A stretch of DNA of 64,000 nt from Sphingobium sp. (GCA_965279415.1 OZ257238.1:502925-566924), one strand, 5' to 3'. Numbered from the stretch's first letter, positions 20,549 through 30,753 are shown. Program-made: numbers and translations. The notes: generated by a model from the sequence alone, not told the origin.

Positions 20549-21819
20549 GTGGTCTTGCTGCGATGCGCCAGAACAAGCGCATTCTGGGCGCCAGCCTGAT
20601 CGGTACGGCGGTCGAGTTCTACGACTTCTATATCTACGCGACGGCGGCGAGCCTCGTATTTGGATCGCTGTTTTTTCCCAAGTCATCGGCGTCGGCGCAG
20701 TTGATGGCATCCTATGCCACGTTCGCACTCGCCTTTTTCGCGCGGCCGATGGGCGCGGCGGTGTTTGGCCATTATGGCGACCGGATCGGGCGGAAGGCGA
20801 CTCTGGTCTCCTCGCTGATGCTGATGGGGACATCGACATTGCTGATCGCCTTCCTGCCGACCTATCAGTCGATCGGCTGGGTCGCGCCGCTCCTGCTGTG
20901 CATATTGCGGTTCGGGCAAGGGTTCGGGCTTGGCGGCGAATGGGGCGGCGCGGCTTTGCTGGCGGTGGAGAATGCGCCGCCGGGCTGGCGCGCGCGCTTT
21001 GGCATGTTCCCGCAACTCGGCGCGCCCGTCGGCTTTCTCGCGGCGAACGGGATGTTCCTCATCCTGGGTGCGGTGCTGAGCGACGATCAATTCATGGCGT
21101 GGGGATGGCGGCTGCCGTTCCTGGCCAGCGCTATCCTCGTCGTTCTGGGCCTGTGGGTCCGCCTGACGCTGACCGAAACGCGCGAGTTCGCCGCCGCGCA
21201 AAAGGCCGCGCCGCCCCCCGCCCTGCCGATCGCGACGCTGCTGCGCGATCACCTGCGCAGCGCGATTGCGGGAACGTTCGCCGTCGTCGCCTGCTTCGCG
21301 ATCTTCTACATCGCGACGGCCTTCGCGCTGGGATATGGCACGCAGACGCTGAAGATACCGCGCGAGACGTTCCTGGGGCTGCAACTCGGCGCGATCCTGT
21401 TCATGGCGCTGGGCATCATCCTGTCGGGATGGTGGGCGGACAAGCGCAGCCCCGGCTTCGTGCTGGTGGCGGGGTGCATCGGCACGATCCCGATGGGCCT
21501 CATCTTCGGCACCGCGATGGGCAGCGGGTCGCTGCTCGCCATCTTCCTGATCCTGTCGCTGGCGCTGTTCCTGATGGGATTCGTCTATGGTCCGCTCGGC
21601 GCGTTTCTGCCCGCGCTGTTTCCGACGCAGTTGCGTTACACCGGCGCGTCCTTCGGCTTCAATCTGGGTGGGATCATCGGCGGCGCGCTGGCGCCGATCG
21701 TCGCGCAATATCTGGTCGATACGCGCGGGATCGCGCTGGTGGGCCTGTACATGTCGGCGGCGGCGGGGCTGAGCCTGCTGGGGCTGGCGGGGCGGCGGAA
21801 AGAAGCTGCTGCGGCGTAG
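20545..21819 (+). CDS. MFS transporter, metabolite:H+ symporter (MHS) family
   Basis: The start overlaps the trmH-like stop. It has GTAVEFYDFYIYATAA, GHYGDRIGRK and 12 predicted TM segments. Confidence 0.85.
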   Translation: MSGLAAMRQNKRILGASLIGTAVEFYDFYIYATAASLVFGSLFFPKSSASAQLMASYATFALAFFARPMGAAVFGHYGDRIGRKATLVSSLMLMGTSTLLIAFLPTYQSIGWVAPLLLCILRFGQGFGLGGEWGGAALLAVENAPPGWRARFGMFPQLGAPVGFLAANGMFLILGAVLSDDQFMAWGWRLPFLASAILVVLGLWVRLTLTETREFAAAQKAAPPPALPIATLLRDHLRSAIAGTFAVVACFAIFYIATAFALGYGTQTLKIPRETFLGLQLGAILFMALGIILSGWWADKRSPGFVLVAGCIGTIPMGLIFGTAMGSGSLLAIFLILSLALFLMGFVYGPLGAFLPALFPTQLRYTGASFGFNLGGIIGGALAPIVAQYLVDTRGIALVGLYMSAAAGLSLLGLAGRRKEAAAA

Positions 21820-21871
21820 TTGCCAGCGGAAAGGCGCGCGTTACTATGCTCCCTCCAATCAGGGGGACGAT

Positions 21872-23233
21872 ATGCGCAGGCATTTGACGACATGGGCATT
21901 TCTGGCGAGTGCGGCGCTGATGGGCAGCGCGATGCCTGCCCTTGCGCAAACCGGTTTCAGCGCCACCGAAGAGACGCGCCCTGCCGTGCCGCCGGTCCTG
22001 CCCCTGCGCGAACAGGCCGCGATCCGCGATGGCTGGCTCAAGGAACGGCTCGACACGATCGTGCCCGCGCTGATGCGCGAACAGGGCATCGACATGTGGG
22101 TGCTGGTCGCGCGCGAATATATGGAGGATACCGTCGTCGCGACGATGCTGGACGCGCAGTCGATGAGCGCGCGGCGGCGCACGATCCTGATGTTCTACGA
22201 TCCGGGCGACGGGAGGCCGGTCGAGCGGCTGACGGTCAGCCGCTATGGGCTGGCGGGGCTTTTCCCCTCCGCCTGGACGCCGGAGACGCAGCCCGACCAG
22301 TGGAAGCGGCTCGCCGAACTGATCGCGCAGCGCAACCCGAAGAAGATCGCGCTCAACATTTCCCCGCTGACGGCGTTCGGCGACGGCCTGACGCAGGGCC
22401 AGTATCTGGACCTCACCGCCGCACTGACTCCGGCCCTGCGCGAGCGCATCGTGTCGGGCGAGGAACTGGCGGTCGGCTGGCTGGAAACGCGCATTCCGGG
22501 CGAAATGGCGCTCTATCCGCAGATTGTGCGGACGGCGCACGCGATCCTGTCCGAAGGGATGTCGAACGCCGTCATCACGCCGGGCAAGACGACCGCCGAC
22601 GATGTGATGTGGTGGTATCGCGAGCGGATCGCGGAGCTGAAGCTCGACACATGGTTCCAGCCATCGGTGCATATATTCCGCAAGGGCGAGAAGAGCGATC
22701 TGTCCGGCGATGTGGTGATCCAGCCCGGCGACATGCTGTGGACCGATTTCGGCATCACCTACATGGGTCTCAACACCGATACGCAGCATCTGGCCTATGT
22801 GCTGAAACCCGGCGAGACGGAGGCGCCTGCGGGCCTGCGCGCGGGGATGGCGGCGGCGAACAAGGTGATGGATGCACTGACATCCAGCTTCAAGACGGGC
22901 CTTACCGGCAACCAGATGCTGGCGGCGGCGCGGGCGAAGGCTCTGGCGGCGGGGTTGCAGCCCAATATCTATTCGCACGCGATCGGATATCACGGCCATG
23001 CCGCGGGCGGGGCCATCGGCTTCTGGGACAATCAGCAGCCCGGGCCGCAGGGAAACCATCCGCTGCGGCCGAACACCGCCTGGTCGATCGAACTGTCGAA
23101 CACCGCCAGGGTGCCCGAATGGGACGATCAGAGCGTCGTGTTCCGGCGGGAGGAGGACGCCTTTTTCGACGGCAAGGCCATCCGGTATATCGACGGGCGG
23201 CAGACCGCCTTTCACCTGATCGGCGGGCGATAA
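21872..23233 (+). CDS. M24-family metallopeptidase (Xaa-Pro aminopeptidase-like), secreted
   Basis: Signal peptide MRRHLTTWAFLASAALMGSAMPALAQ. Pita-bread fold motifs are DFGITYMGLNTD, HAIGYHGHAAG and the EL...E metal ligands. Confidence 0.75.
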   Translation: MRRHLTTWAFLASAALMGSAMPALAQTGFSATEETRPAVPPVLPLREQAAIRDGWLKERLDTIVPALMREQGIDMWVLVAREYMEDTVVATMLDAQSMSARRRTILMFYDPGDGRPVERLTVSRYGLAGLFPSAWTPETQPDQWKRLAELIAQRNPKKIALNISPLTAFGDGLTQGQYLDLTAALTPALRERIVSGEELAVGWLETRIPGEMALYPQIVRTAHAILSEGMSNAVITPGKTTADDVMWWYRERIAELKLDTWFQPSVHIFRKGEKSDLSGDVVIQPGDMLWTDFGITYMGLNTDTQHLAYVLKPGETEAPAGLRAGMAAANKVMDALTSSFKTGLTGNQMLAAARAKALAAGLQPNIYSHAIGYHGHAAGGAIGFWDNQQPGPQGNHPLRPNTAWSIELSNTARVPEWDDQSVVFRREEDAFFDGKAIRYIDGRQTAFHLIGGR

Positions 23234-24496
23234 TCAGCAGCTGGCGACGTCTCCGTCCGCTTCGATTTCGCGATCCTGCATCGCTTCCTCGACATTGTGC
23301 TGCGGGTGCAGCGGAGCGAAGCGCAGGACGGCGAAGCCGACGAGTGCGGACAGGATCGACCCCATGAGGATGCCGATCTTGGCCTCCTCGATCAGCAAGG
23401 CTTCTCCGGGGAAGGCGAGGCCGCCGATGAACAGGCTCATGGTGAAGCCGATGCCGCAGAGCAAGGCGACGCCGTAGACTTGCAGCCATGTCGCACCACG
23501 CGGACGGACGCCGAAGCCCAGCTTTACGGCGACATAGACGCTCAGGAATATGCCGACCTGCTTGCCCACGAACAACCCGGCGGCGATCCCGACGGGGAGC
23601 GGCGCGAATATCTGCGCAAGGCCGAGACCACCGAGCGTTACTCCGGCATTGGCGAAGCCGAACAGCGGCACTACGAAATAGGCGCTGAGCGGATGCAGCG
23701 CATGTTCCAGCCTGTGCAGGGGGCTGTCGTCGGCATCGGGCGCGCCGGGCGTGCGGCGGATCGGTATGGTGAAGGCCGCCAGCACGCCTGCGATCGTCGC
23801 GTGGACGCCCGACAGCAGCAGCGCATACCATAGCAATGCGAAGCCGATGAGATAGACCGGCAAGGACCGTACGCCCAAGCGGTTGAGGCTGAACATCACG
23901 CCCAGGATCACGGCCGCCGCGAACAGTGCCATCACGTCCAGCCCCTGCGTATAGACGATGGCGATGATTGCGACCGCGCCCATGTCGTCGACGATGGCGA
24001 CGGTCATCAGGAACAGCTTGAGCGATGTCGGCGCGCGCTTGCCGAGCAGCGCGAGCACGCCGATCGCGAAGGCGATGTCGGTCGCCGCGGGTATAGCCCA
24101 GCCATTGGCAACCGCGGGATCACCCCAGACGATCGAAAAATACACTGCCGCAGGCACCATCATGCCTGCCGCTGCGGCGATCATCGGGAGGCGGCGCGCG
24201 CTCCAGCTTGCAAGGCGCCCGTCCACGAACTCGCGCTTGATTTCCAGCCCGACGAGCAGGAAGAACAGCGCCATCAGACCGTCGTTGATCCACAGATGCA
24301 CCGTCATCGGCCCGAGCTTCGGCGTCAGCACAGGCCCGGTCTGTGCATGGACGAAGTGGTGATAGGCTTCCGCGATCACCGCAGGGCCGTTGGCCGCCAG
24401 CATCGCGAGAGCGGCGGCGAACATCAGCAATACTCCGCCCCCGGCCTCGCTGGTCAGGAAATCGCGCAAGGCGGATCGGTTGCGGTTCTGCGTCAC
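23234..24496 (-). CDS. nhaA: Na+/H+ antiporter NhaA
   Basis: GTG start. NhaA hallmarks are WINDGLMALFFLLVGLEIKRE and AIVDDMGAV, with 11-12 TM helices. Its stop directly abuts the convergent M24 gene stop. Confidence 0.9.
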   Translation of the reverse strand: MTQNRNRSALRDFLTSEAGGGVLLMFAAALAMLAANGPAVIAEAYHHFVHAQTGPVLTPKLGPMTVHLWINDGLMALFFLLVGLEIKREFVDGRLASWSARRLPMIAAAAGMMVPAAVYFSIVWGDPAVANGWAIPAATDIAFAIGVLALLGKRAPTSLKLFLMTVAIVDDMGAVAIIAIVYTQGLDVMALFAAAVILGVMFSLNRLGVRSLPVYLIGFALLWYALLLSGVHATIAGVLAAFTIPIRRTPGAPDADDSPLHRLEHALHPLSAYFVVPLFGFANAGVTLGGLGLAQIFAPLPVGIAAGLFVGKQVGIFLSVYVAVKLGFGVRPRGATWLQVYGVALLCGIGFTMSLFIGGLAFPGEALLIEEAKIGILMGSILSALVGFAVLRFAPLHPQHNVEEAMQDREIEADGDVASC

Positions 24497-24569
24497 GGTA
24501 AAAAAAGGCGCCTCTGCATCGGGATGTGCGGGCCTTCCCTAGCGTTTCGCGACACGCGCGGTCAAATCC

Positions 24570-26057
24570 TTGAAAAATGGTTTACAATATCTTGCAAATC
24601 CATCCGATTTGGACAGTATCAGGGCGACCACACGAAAGCCAACGGGGGGACTTTCGATCGACCTTGCACCTGTCCTTGTCACCATGCTGTCCGGCGTGCA
24701 GCAGGAAGTGATGCTGTTCGCCGCGATCGGCCTGCTTCTGGGCGGGCTGGACGAGCTGGCGATCGACCTCCTCTATCTGGGGCGGACGCTATGGCGGCGC
24801 GCCACCGTCTATCGCCGCCATAGCGCCATGACCACGCGCACGCTGCCGCCCCCCGCCACAGCGGGGCGGATGGCGATCTTCGTGCCTGCCTGGAACGAAG
24901 CCGACGTGATCGGCCCGATGCTTTGGTCGGCCCTGCGCGCCTGGGGGCCGGGCGATTATCGCATCTTCGTGGGCGTCTATCCCAACGATCCCGACACGAT
25001 CGCGGCGGTCGCCAGTCTTGCCGAGAATGAACCGCGGATCGTGATGGCGATCCACAGCAGGCAGGGACCGACGACCAAGGCCGATTGCCTCAACCTGCTC
25101 TGGCGCGCGATGCTGCGCGACGAGAAGGCGGAAAGAGCGCGCTTCAAGGCGATCGTGCTGCACGATGCCGAAGATGTGGTGCATGCGGATGCGTTGCGGC
25201 TGCTCGACCGGATGTGCGACCGCTTCGATCTGGTGCAATTGCCGGTATTGCCGCTACCCAGTCAGCAATCGCAATGGGTTGCGGGGCATTATTGCGACGA
25301 GTTCGCCGAAAGTCATACGAAGAACCTGATCGTGCGGGAGGCGCTGGGCGCCGCCGTGCCGTCCGCCGGCGTAGGCTGCGCCTTCCGCCGCGATGCGCTG
25401 GCGCGGCTGGCGGAGGAACAGAGCGGTCGACCGTTCGATCCCTATTCGCTGACCGAGGATTACGAGATCGGCCTGCGCCTCGCCGAACGCGGATGCAGCA
25501 GCGTGTTCGTGCGGATGATGGATGCGCAGGGCCAGCCGGTCTGCACGCGCGAACATTTCCCCGAGCGGCTGGAAGATGCCGTGCGGCAAAAGACGCGCTG
25601 GACGATCGGCATCTCGCTGGCGGGATGGGATCGGCTGGGCTGGCACGGCGGCTTTACCGAACGCTGGATGCGGCTGCGCGACCGGCGTGCCGCGCTGTCT
25701 GCGCTGGTGCTGGGCGCCGCCTATCTGGGTGGGGTCGGCTGGATGCTGTTGACGGGGATCGACTGGCTGGGCGGGCCTGTGCCGCTGCCGCCGCATCCGT
25801 CGATGTCGCCGTTGCTCACGATCACCGCGCTGCTGATGCTGTGGCGGGTGCTGATGCGCATGTGCTTCGTTACCCATGCCTATGGCTGGCGGCAAGGGCT
25901 GCGATCAATACCGCGCATCGCGATCGGCAATGTGATCGCGATGCTGGCCGCCCGACGTGCGCTGTTCCGCTATGCCGCGATGCTGCGCGGCGCGCCTCTG
26001 CAATGGGACAAGACGACGCATCGCTTTCCTGCCTATGCGATGGACGGCGCGCGATGA
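24570..26057 (+). CDS. Family-2 glycosyltransferase, NfrB (phage N4 adsorption protein B)-like membrane synthase
   Basis: IFVPAWNEADVIG, VGVYPNDPDT, HDAEDVVH, and the CDEFAESHTK...AGVGCAFRR motifs, plus C-terminal TM helices. The start is uncertain: TTG 24570 or ATG 24684. Confidence 0.7.
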   Translation: MKNGLQYLANPSDLDSIRATTRKPTGGLSIDLAPVLVTMLSGVQQEVMLFAAIGLLLGGLDELAIDLLYLGRTLWRRATVYRRHSAMTTRTLPPPATAGRMAIFVPAWNEADVIGPMLWSALRAWGPGDYRIFVGVYPNDPDTIAAVASLAENEPRIVMAIHSRQGPTTKADCLNLLWRAMLRDEKAERARFKAIVLHDAEDVVHADALRLLDRMCDRFDLVQLPVLPLPSQQSQWVAGHYCDEFAESHTKNLIVREALGAAVPSAGVGCAFRRDALARLAEEQSGRPFDPYSLTEDYEIGLRLAERGCSSVFVRMMDAQGQPVCTREHFPERLEDAVRQKTRWTIGISLAGWDRLGWHGGFTERWMRLRDRRAALSALVLGAAYLGGVGWMLLTGIDWLGGPVPLPPHPSMSPLLTITALLMLWRVLMRMCFVTHAYGWRQGLRSIPRIAIGNVIAMLAARRALFRYAAMLRGAPLQWDKTTHRFPAYAMDGAR

Positions 26058-27133
26058 CGGCGCTCGCCCCGTCCGGTCGCGGCAGGCCGCTGCGTTTCCT
26101 GCTGCTCGTCCTGCTGTGCTGGACGGGCGGAAGGATCGCGATGACGCAGGACTGGGCAGCCGATGTGCCGCATACGGCCCCGCAGCTTTTTGCACGCGGT
26201 TCTGAAGCGGCGGCGTTTCCTCCCGCTCTCGGCGCAAGGCAGAGTGCTGCGGTACGCGCGATGATGCCGCTAAAGCCATTGCGTGCCGCCAGACCGGCGC
26301 AGCTTACGCCCGTCTCAGGCGGATCGATGAGCGGCAACCGCCTCCTCGACTATCTGCGTTTCAGCATCGCCTTCGCCAATCGTACGTCCGCCCCGGCGTT
26401 CTCCGCTGGTCCCGAACCGATCGCCGACATTCCGGGCCGGGGCATGCCGGTGCCCTTGCCCGGCAGCGCCTTTGCGACCTCCGAAGCATCGGAAAAGCGG
26501 CTGAGCGGCAGTGCGTGGCTGTTCTGGCGGGATACGGGCGGCGGCGCGCTCGCCGCGGGGACGGGACAGCTTGGCGGCGCGCAGGCCGGCGTGCGGATCG
26601 CCTATGTCCTGACGCCGGAACGACCCGAGCGGCTGGCGCTCTATGCGCGGGCGACTTCCGCCTTGCGGCGACCCTTTGCGCATGAAGCGGCGCTGGGCGT
26701 CGCGTTTCAGCCCGTCGCGCGGGTGCCGGTGCGCCTGACCGCGGAGCGGCGGGCGAATATCGGCGACGGCGGACGCAACGCCTTCGCCGTCGGCATGGTC
26801 GGCGGCTATGGCCCCGCCCCCGTCGCCGGGGCGATGACGGTCGAAGCCTATGGGCAGGCAGGTATGGTCGGCGTGACGCAGCGCGACGCCTATGTCGACG
26901 GGAAGCTGAGCGTGGGGCATCCGCTGCCCGGCGTGCAGCCCGTCGCCGCCGGGTTCAGCCTGTCGGGTGGCGCGCAGCCGCAGGTCGCGCGGCTCGACAT
27001 CGGGCCTCAGATCAGTGCGCGCCTGCGGCTGGGCGCCACGCCCGCCCGCCTGACCGCAGAATGGCGGGAACGGATCGCGGGCAATGCGCGTCCCGGTTCC
27101 AGCGTCGCCCTTACACTGGCAGCCGACTTTTAG
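26054..27133 (+). CDS. Hypothetical exported protein coupled to the NfrB-like synthase
   Basis: ATG 26054 overlaps the upstream stop (ATGA). It has an N-terminal hydrophobic segment (LRFLLLVLLCW) and a Gly/Ala-rich C-terminal half with alternating pattern ending ...LTLAADF (beta-barrel-like terminal Phe). Only the 3' part of listed ORF 25085..27133 is used. Confidence 0.5.
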   Translation: MTALAPSGRGRPLRFLLLVLLCWTGGRIAMTQDWAADVPHTAPQLFARGSEAAAFPPALGARQSAAVRAMMPLKPLRAARPAQLTPVSGGSMSGNRLLDYLRFSIAFANRTSAPAFSAGPEPIADIPGRGMPVPLPGSAFATSEASEKRLSGSAWLFWRDTGGGALAAGTGQLGGAQAGVRIAYVLTPERPERLALYARATSALRRPFAHEAALGVAFQPVARVPVRLTAERRANIGDGGRNAFAVGMVGGYGPAPVAGAMTVEAYGQAGMVGVTQRDAYVDGKLSVGHPLPGVQPVAAGFSLSGGAQPQVARLDIGPQISARLRLGATPARLTAEWRERIAGNARPGSSVALTLAADF

Positions 27134-27194
27134 AGGATTTTTAGATGCGCGGGAGGTTCCCCGCCGTCTGAAATAGGGCTAGGCCCGATGTTCC

Positions 27195-28109
27195 ATGGAC
27201 ATTTACCTGCCGATCGCGAATCTGTCCGTCAATGCGCTGGTCATCATCGGCCTTGGCGGCATCGTCGGCATCCTGTCCGGCATGTTCGGCGTGGGCGGCG
27301 GTTTTCTGACGACGCCGCTGCTGATCTTCTACGGCATTCCCCCCACCGTCGCCGCCGCATCCGCCGCGACGCAGGTGACGGGCGCGAGCGTTTCGGGCGT
27401 GTTCAGCCATCTTTCGCGCAAGACCGTCGACATCCAGATGGGCGGCGTGATGGTGGTGGGCGGCATCATCGGCGCGCTGATCGGCGCGGGGCTGTTTCGC
27501 CTGCTGCAGCAACTGGGGCAGATCGATACGGTCATCGCCGTCCTCTACGTCCTGATGCTGGGATCGATCGGGTCGCTGATGGCGCGCGAATCCATCCAGT
27601 CGCTCGTCGCCATGCGGACGGGCGCGCGGCCTCCGGCGCGCAAGCGGCGGCATCATCCGCTGGTCGCCGCCCTGCCGATGCGCTGGCGCTTCTATCGCTC
27701 GGGGCTGTACATCTCGCCGCTGGCGCCGCTGCTGCTGGGCGTGGCGACGGGCATATTGACGATGCTGCTGGGCGTGGGCGGCGGCTTCATCATGGTGCCC
27801 GCCATGCTCTACCTTCTGGGAATGACGACGCAGGTGGTGGTCGGCACGTCGCTGTTCCAGATATTGTTCGTGACGATGGCGACGACTATGGTCCACAGCC
27901 TGACGACCAAGGCCGTCGATCTGGTCCTCGCCCTGCTGCTGCTGATCGGCAGCGTCGTCGGCGCGCAGATCGGCACGCGGATTTCGATGGCGGCGCGCCC
28001 GGAATATCTGCGCATCATCCTGTCGTTCATCGTGCTGGTCATCGCCATCCGCATGGCGCTTGGCCTGGGCTGGCGACCCGACGAAATCTATACGGTGCAG
28101 GTGCAATGA
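27195..28109 (+). CDS. TauE/SafE (TSUP) family anion permease
   Basis: Duplicated 4-TM halves with GVGGGF motifs (GMFGVGGGFLTTP and LLGVGGGFIMVP). Confidence 0.8.
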   Translation: MDIYLPIANLSVNALVIIGLGGIVGILSGMFGVGGGFLTTPLLIFYGIPPTVAAASAATQVTGASVSGVFSHLSRKTVDIQMGGVMVVGGIIGALIGAGLFRLLQQLGQIDTVIAVLYVLMLGSIGSLMARESIQSLVAMRTGARPPARKRRHHPLVAALPMRWRFYRSGLYISPLAPLLLGVATGILTMLLGVGGGFIMVPAMLYLLGMTTQVVVGTSLFQILFVTMATTMVHSLTTKAVDLVLALLLLIGSVVGAQIGTRISMAARPEYLRIILSFIVLVIAIRMALGLGWRPDEIYTVQVQ

Positions 28110-28870
28110 CCGCGCTGCGCCGCCTGTGCATGCTGCTGCCGGTCGCGCTGCTGCTGGGCGCGGCGAAGGCGCCGATGCTGGTGCCGGACGTGTCGCAGCG
28201 CGAAGTGGTCATCCAGTACAGCTTTACCGGCGCCGAACTGCTGCTGTTTGGCGCGATCGTCTATCCCGACGGACGTCCGCCCGATAAGCAGGCGGACATC
28301 GTGGTCGTGCTGAAGGGACCGGACCAGTCGATCACCATGCGCGAGAAGCAGAAGGTGGCGGGCATGTGGGTCAATGCCGACAGCGCGCGCTTCCGCTCCG
28401 CCCCCAGCTTCTACGCGATGGCGTCCTCCCGCCCGATCGACAGGATCGTGGACGATCGCACCGCCGCCATATTCGAACTGGGCGTCGACAAGCTGCAGCT
28501 TTCCCCCGCCTCGCTCAACGACAATGCGGAGATCGAGCGGTTTCAGGCGGGGCTGGTGGAACTGCGGCGACGCAGCGGCCTGTTCGTCGAGCGGCCCGGC
28601 ACCGTCGAGATCACCGACGGCGTTCTCTATCGCGCGCGTCTGCCCCTGTCTGCGCGGGTCATCGTCGGCGACTATACGGCGGAGACGTTCCTGGTGCAGG
28701 ATGGTCGGGTGGTCGCCGCCGCCGTGCGCGACATCGTGATCCGCAAATCGGGCTTCGAGCAGTTCATCGCGCAAGCGGCGCAAAACTGGTCGTTCCTCTA
28801 CGGTCTCGTCGCCATCGCCATGGCGGTGGGCATGGGCTGGGCCGCCGGCGCGATCGCACGGCGCATATAG
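28106..28870 (+). CDS. Conserved alphaproteobacterial membrane protein (TIGR02186-like)
   Basis: The start overlaps the TauE stop (ATGA). It has a signal peptide and a C-terminal TM helix. This family is habitually found after TauE-like permeases in alphaproteobacteria (recalled from memory, not searched). Confidence 0.55.
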   Translation: MTALRRLCMLLPVALLLGAAKAPMLVPDVSQREVVIQYSFTGAELLLFGAIVYPDGRPPDKQADIVVVLKGPDQSITMREKQKVAGMWVNADSARFRSAPSFYAMASSRPIDRIVDDRTAAIFELGVDKLQLSPASLNDNAEIERFQAGLVELRRRSGLFVERPGTVEITDGVLYRARLPLSARVIVGDYTAETFLVQDGRVVAAAVRDIVIRKSGFEQFIAQAAQNWSFLYGLVAIAMAVGMGWAAGAIARRI

Positions 28871-28947
28871 CGGGCGCAAGGCGCCGTAAGCCTATGTTTA
28901 CCCGTTTCCGTTACCCACGACGCTTCGGCCTTTACGGTCAGGAGCGG

Positions 28948-30633
28948 ATGCGGGGCATTATGAACAGCATGACGGGTGCGACACAGTTCGATCAGGCGAT
29001 GCAGGGCAGCGCCCCGATGACGAACGGCGGCATGGGCGACCCATCCATGGGCTTCGTATTTCAGGTCGCCGGATCAAGTTCGCAACTGCTGCTCGAAACC
29101 GCGTGCCTTGCCCATTACAGCCATGATACCGATCCTTCGATCGCGATGGCGGGGCAGGTCGGCAGCCAGGTCAAGATGCGCGTCGGCAGCAACTGGCTGG
29201 TCGCCAACGTCCGCGCCATGGTGCTCGACCGGCACGACCCGACGAAGATCGTCGCCGACATCGACTTTCTGGGCGAAGGCGACGAGGAGCGGCTGACCGG
29301 CAAGATCTACGGCTTCCGCCGGGGCGTCACCCGCTATCCCACGCCGGGCACCGACGTCTACCCCGTGTCCAGCGTCGAGATGAACCAGATCTATGCCGCG
29401 GACGAGCGCGCGAATGTTCAGATCGGCACCGTCTATCCCACCAAATCCACGCGCGCCGCGCTCTATGTCGATGCGATGCTGGGCAAGCATTTCGCGCTGC
29501 TCGGCTCCACCGGCACCGGCAAGTCGACCAGCGCCGCGCTCATCCTGCACCGCATCTGCGACCTTGCGCCGCAGGGGCACATCGTGATGATCGACCCGCA
29601 CGGCGAATATTCGGCCGCGTTCAAGACGAACGGCGCGATCTTCGACGTCAACAACCTCGCGCTCCCCTACTGGCTGATGAACTTCGAGGAGCATTGCGAA
29701 GTGTTCGTCACGTCCGAAGGGGCGGAGCGGACGCTGGATTGCGACATCCTCGCCAAGTGCCTGCTCGCCGCGCGATCGAAGAACCGCCTCGCCGAAAGCA
29801 CGGGGCGACTGACGGTGGATTCGCCGATCCCCTATCTGCTGTCCGACCTCACCAACATCCTCCAGAACGAAATGGGCAAGCTCGACAAGGGCACCAATTC
29901 GCTGCCCTATATGCGCCTCAAGACCAAGATCGACGAGATCAAGACCGATCCGCGCTACAGCTTCATGTTCTCCGGCATGCTGGTCGCCGACACGATGCAC
30001 GATTTTCTGGCGAAGGTGTTCCGCCTGCCCGCCAACGGCAAGCCGATCTCCATCATCGACGTGTCCGCCATGCCGTCCGACATCACCTCCACCGTGGTGT
30101 CGGTGCTGGCGCGGCTGGTGTTCGACTACGCCATCTGGGCGCGCAACGAACCGCAGCGGCCGATCCTCCTCGTCTGCGAGGAAGCGCATCGCTATATCCC
30201 CAGCAGCAAGACCGGCGGGGGGCAGGCGGTGCGCAAGATACTGGAGCGGATCGCCAAGGAAGGCCGCAAATACGGCGTGTCGCTGGGCCTCATCACGCAG
30301 CGCCCGTCTGACCTCGCCGAAGGCGTGCTGTCGCAGTGCGGCACGATCATCGCCATGCGCCTCAACAACGATCGCGACCAGGCCTTCGTGAAGGCGGCGA
30401 TGCCCGAAGGGGCGCGCGGCTTCCTCGATTCGATCCCCGCGCTGCGCAACCGCGAGTGCATCATCTGCGGCGAAGGCGTCGCCGTGCCGATCCGCGTGGC
30501 GCTCGACAATCTGGAACCTGAACGCCGCCCGGCATCCAGCGACCCCAGCTTCACCGACCAGTGGCGCGATTGCGGCGGCGAGAACGAGATACTGGAGCGG
30601 ACCGTCAACCGCTGGCGCAATCAGGGGCGGTAA
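28948..30633 (+). CDS. HerA-like / DUF87 P-loop ATPase
   Basis: Walker A LLGSTGTGKST, Walker B-like ILLVCEEAHRYIP, and ITQRPSDL. The start is uncertain: ATG 28948 or 28960. The listed ORF from 28366 runs through the upstream gene. Confidence 0.75.
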   Translation: MRGIMNSMTGATQFDQAMQGSAPMTNGGMGDPSMGFVFQVAGSSSQLLLETACLAHYSHDTDPSIAMAGQVGSQVKMRVGSNWLVANVRAMVLDRHDPTKIVADIDFLGEGDEERLTGKIYGFRRGVTRYPTPGTDVYPVSSVEMNQIYAADERANVQIGTVYPTKSTRAALYVDAMLGKHFALLGSTGTGKSTSAALILHRICDLAPQGHIVMIDPHGEYSAAFKTNGAIFDVNNLALPYWLMNFEEHCEVFVTSEGAERTLDCDILAKCLLAARSKNRLAESTGRLTVDSPIPYLLSDLTNILQNEMGKLDKGTNSLPYMRLKTKIDEIKTDPRYSFMFSGMLVADTMHDFLAKVFRLPANGKPISIIDVSAMPSDITSTVVSVLARLVFDYAIWARNEPQRPILLVCEEAHRYIPSSKTGGGQAVRKILERIAKEGRKYGVSLGLITQRPSDLAEGVLSQCGTIIAMRLNNDRDQAFVKAAMPEGARGFLDSIPALRNRECIICGEGVAVPIRVALDNLEPERRPASSDPSFTDQWRDCGGENEILERTVNRWRNQGR

Positions 30634-30659
30634 ATACACTCCCGCGAGCACCAACCTCT

Positions 30660-30726
30660 CCGTTCGGTTCGAGCCTGTCGAGAACCCTTATCCAGGACGC
30701 CTTCTCGACAAGCTCGAAGCGAACGG
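30660..30726. repeat. REP-like palindrome (same family as 9424..9518)
   Basis: CCGTTCGGTTCGAGCCTGTCGAGAA and TTCTCGACAAGCTCGAAGCGAACGG are reverse complements at 23/25, separated by 17 bp. Confidence 0.75.
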
Positions 30727-30753
30727 GTGTAGAGGGTATCGAACGCGCGCACC

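Noticed and set aside
25085-26053. 5' two thirds of the 682-aa ORF 25085..27133
   Set aside because: It overlaps the NfrB-like GT2 gene in another frame and is Arg/Ala-rich. Only the part from ATG 26054, coupled to the GT2 stop, looks genuine.
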